This document shows positions 61,699 to 64,000 of a stretch of DNA of 64,000 nt, piece after piece. Source of the stretch: an uncultured delta proteobacterium (GTDB lineage: Bacteria; Myxococcota_A; UBA9160; UBA4427); NCBI GenBank assembly GCA_963822965.1, contig CAWGJT010000005.1, forward strand, positions 224,001-288,000. Direction: 5' to 3'. The first letter of the stretch is position 1, and the number at the start of each line of letters is the position of its first letter. Under the pieces are notes generated by a model. It saw nothing but the letters and a program-made list of their open reading frames with translations. It had not been told where the DNA came from and did no database searches. A program made the position numbers and the translations under genes.

Positions 61699-62457
61699 AT
61701 GTCGCTACAGATCGAGCGCATCCCCACGTTCGGGGACAACTACACCTATCTGGTGATCTGCGAGGCCACCCGCGAGGCGGCGGTGATCGACGCGCCCGAG
61801 GCCGAGCCCGTGATCCGGCGGGTCGAGGAGACCGGCGCGAAGGTCACGAAGATCCTGTCGACCCACCACCACCCCGACCACTCCATGGCCAACCCGGAGC
61901 TGGCGAAGCGCTACGGCGTGCCGGTCATCGGTCACGTCTCGGACGCGAAGCGCATCCCCGGCTTCACGGACGGCGTCGACGAGGGCGACACCGTGCAGGT
62001 GGGCGAGGAGACGGCGCGGGTCCTCTTCATCCCCTCGCACACCACCGGCCACGTCGCCTACGTGTTCGACGACGCGAAGGCCCTGTTCAGTGGGGACATG
62101 CTCTTCGCGGCGGGCTGCGGCCGGCTCTTCGAGGGCACGCCCGAGATGATGTACACGGCGCTGTGCGAGAAGCTCGCGAAGCTGCCCGACGACATGCGCG
62201 TCTACTGCGGCCACGAGTACACGGAGTCGAACCTGCGCTTCGCGGCCCACGTGGAGCCGGACAACGAGGACGTGAAGAAGAAGCTCGCGTGGGCGCACTC
62301 GGTGCGCGCCCGGGCCGCGGCCGACTGGCACGACGCCACCCCGGACGAGATGACCATTCCCTCGACGATCGGTGACGAGAAGAAGACCAACCCCTTCATG
62401 CGCGCGCGGGACGCCGCCGAGCTCGGCCGGCGACGCAAGCAGAAGGACGAGTTCTAG
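61699..62457 (+). CDS. gloB: Hydroxyacylglutathione hydrolase (glyoxalase II)
   Basis: DNYTYL, THHHPDH, HTTGH, GDMLFAAGCGRLFEGT, CGHEYT, EKKTNPF.R. Confidence 0.93.
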   Translation: MSLQIERIPTFGDNYTYLVICEATREAAVIDAPEAEPVIRRVEETGAKVTKILSTHHHPDHSMANPELAKRYGVPVIGHVSDAKRIPGFTDGVDEGDTVQVGEETARVLFIPSHTTGHVAYVFDDAKALFSGDMLFAAGCGRLFEGTPEMMYTALCEKLAKLPDDMRVYCGHEYTESNLRFAAHVEPDNEDVKKKLAWAHSVRARAAADWHDATPDEMTIPSTIGDEKKTNPFMRARDAAELGRRRKQKDEF

Positions 62458-62485
62458 CCCGGACTATCCCTGGAGCTCGGCGCGA

Positions 62486-62605
62486 GGGCGCCAAGAGTGC
62501 TGCAGATTCGGGGCCCTCGGACCGGAGCCGACCGAAGGCGTGCTATCAGCACGTCGAGGATCGACGCAGGGAGAAGGTCCCGAAGATGCGGCGCTATTGG
62601 CGTCC
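62486..62605. repeat. Third, diverged copy of the structured intergenic element
   Basis: GGGCGCCAAGAGTGCTGCAGATTCGGGGCCCTCGGA...GGCGTGC-TATCA-GCACGTCGAG...GGTCCCGAAGATGCGGCGCTATTGGCGTCC. Confidence 0.8.
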
Positions 62606-62620
62606 GGAGCAGGTGCGCAC

Positions 62621-63067
62621 TTGTCCTCACGTTCCGCCAGGACCGCTACGCCGCCCGCCGGGGCAAGGCTCTCCACCCTGGAGCACCGGGTCGCCTTCCA
62701 CGAGACCGACGCCATGGGCATCGTCCACCACGCGAACTACCTGCATTGGTTCGAGGAGGCGCGCGTCCTCTGGCTCGAGGAGCACGACCAGCCCTACACG
62801 GCCTACATCGAGATGGACCTGCACTTTGCCGTCACGGGCGTGGAGGTGGACTACCTCCGCAGCGCACGCTTCGACGACCGGCTGCGCGTGGCGACCTGGG
62901 TGGAGGCCATCCGGGGCGCCTCCCTGCGGATGGCCTACCGCATCACCCGGGACGACGAGCTGCTCGTCACGGGCGCCACCGAGCACGCCGCCGTCGACAG
63001 CCAGGGTCGCGTCCGTCGCATCCCGAACGAGCGGCGCCTCAACATGAAGCAGAAGCTCGGCCTCTAG
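62621..63067 (+). CDS. Acyl-CoA thioesterase (YbgC/FadM-like)
   Basis: RVAFHETDAMGIVHHANYLHWFEEAR; TTG start inferred. Confidence 0.88.
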   Translation: MSSRSARTATPPAGARLSTLEHRVAFHETDAMGIVHHANYLHWFEEARVLWLEEHDQPYTAYIEMDLHFAVTGVEVDYLRSARFDDRLRVATWVEAIRGASLRMAYRITRDDELLVTGATEHAAVDSQGRVRRIPNERRLNMKQKLGL

Positions 63068-63160
63068 CCCTGATCCGTCATGCGGATCAGGATCTGCGGC
63101 AGGCAGGAAGCAGGCTGAATGACGCATTGGGGCCAGCCAGCAGGCCGAGCCGGGCGCGGG

Positions 63161-63640
63161 TCAGTGTCCGCTGCCCGACCCCGTCACCCACGAAGTCACC
63201 TGGCGCACGCGATCGCCGAAGACGCGCTCGCTCCAGCGCGTGACGCGGTGGATGGCGTCGAGGGCGTCTCCCTGACCGGACCAGTGCGAGCGCACCACGT
63301 CGGGGTGCACCCGGTTCAGCATGCGGGAGAGCACCGCGCCCACCACCACCAGGTCGTCCACCAGCCCGATGGGACCGAGCAGGAGCGCGGGCATGAGGTC
63401 GATCGGCGAGACGAGATACGCGGCCCCGACCACCGCGATCGCCTTGGAGCCCACGGGCACGCGGTCGTCGCGCATCAGGCGGAAGAGCAGCACGGCGAGA
63501 TCGGGCAGCAGCAGCAGCAGGTCGCGCAGCCCGGATCGGTCGCCGGGCTCCGCCTCGATCACCTGGCTGCGCAGCCGGTCATAGAGCCGGCGCTCCCGGG
63601 GGTTGAGCTCGATCACCACGGGCTGCTGGTCTTCGTACAC
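63161..63640 (-). CDS. YkvA/DUF1232 family protein
   Basis: DDRVPVGSK, YLVSPIDLMP..LLGPIGLVDD. Confidence 0.88.
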   Translation of the reverse strand: MYEDQQPVVIELNPRERRLYDRLRSQVIEAEPGDRSGLRDLLLLLPDLAVLLFRLMRDDRVPVGSKAIAVVGAAYLVSPIDLMPALLLGPIGLVDDLVVVGAVLSRMLNRVHPDVVRSHWSGQGDALDAIHRVTRWSERVFGDRVRQVTSWVTGSGSGH

Positions 63641-63708
63641 CCGGCTCTCTCCCGTTCCGCGCTCTCTTCTTCCGCATCTCGCGGCCGGTGCGCCCGGCCG
63701 GCGTCGCC

Positions 63709-64000
63709 TCAGCGAGACGGGCGCCCCGGCTGGCGGGCCCTACCGAGAATATCGACCACGGGGGCACCGTCCGCACCCGGCAGCGGAAAGCCGAGCAGGT
63801 CCGCGAGGGTGGGCGCCACGTCGATCTGCGACATCTCGCGGACGCGCACCCCCGGCCGGATGCCGGCCCCCCACGCCACGAAGCCCACGGAGCTTCCCGG
63901 GTCGGTGGGCAGGTAGCCACCCAGCCCCCGGCGCGGCGTGGGCTGCAGCACCGCTCCCCGCGCCAGCTTGCCGATGCCGAAGCCGGCCTCGCCCTCGATC
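63709..64000 (-). CDS. Alkaline phosphatase/nucleotide pyrophosphatase family protein, C-terminal part
   Basis: FVAWGAGIRPG......IDVAPTLADLLG.....DG; runs off the window end. Confidence 0.7.
   Translation of the reverse strand, partial: IEGEAGFGIGKLARGAVLQPTPRRGLGGYLPTDPGSSVGFVAWGAGIRPGVRVREMSQIDVAPTLADLLGFPLPGADGAPVVDILGRARQPGRPSR

Overview
Very GC-rich bacterial chromosomal window with about 65 protein-coding genes. The PEP-CTERM gene, sigma54/NtrC signalling and many lipid-catabolic genes suggest a Myxococcota/deltaproteobacterial-type organism, but this is inference only. I see no rRNA, tRNA, CRISPR array, integrase or transposase. Blocks: (i) 0.4-14 kb acyl-CoA/lipid catabolism (thiolase-like + DUF35, MaoC pair, P450, CoA-transferase III, acyl-CoA dehydrogenase pair); (ii) pcm / DHS-like / isoaspartyl peptidase; (iii) a 20-bp tandem array and pntAA-AB-B; (iv) an mch / CoA-ligase / ferredoxin / Chloroflexus-type mcl operon, plus ecm-meaB-pduO at 55-59 kb (ethylmalonyl-CoA-type metabolism); (v) a 31-43 kb envelope/stress island; (vi) nadA, srkA, cysE, gloB and a solo Cas4/AddB-like nuclease. 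The strongest unexplained signal is in block (v). Six sigma54 -24/-12 promoters are each preceded by a tandem pair of a 14-bp palindrome (consensus GGYSSA-NN-TSSRCC). They surround a sensor kinase/NtrC-family pair and point at HdeA-like, six-BON, YflT-like, lipoprotein and pseudo-receiver genes, which looks like a self-contained regulon whose enhancer motif can be read from the sequence. Also notable: a four-lipoprotein operon (BamE-like + three paralogues), and a structured intergenic repeat whose copies show compensatory base changes. Many genes beyond 26 kb carry single-base frameshifts, probably read/assembly errors, so coordinates there are approximate. All product calls come from motif recognition, not database searches.
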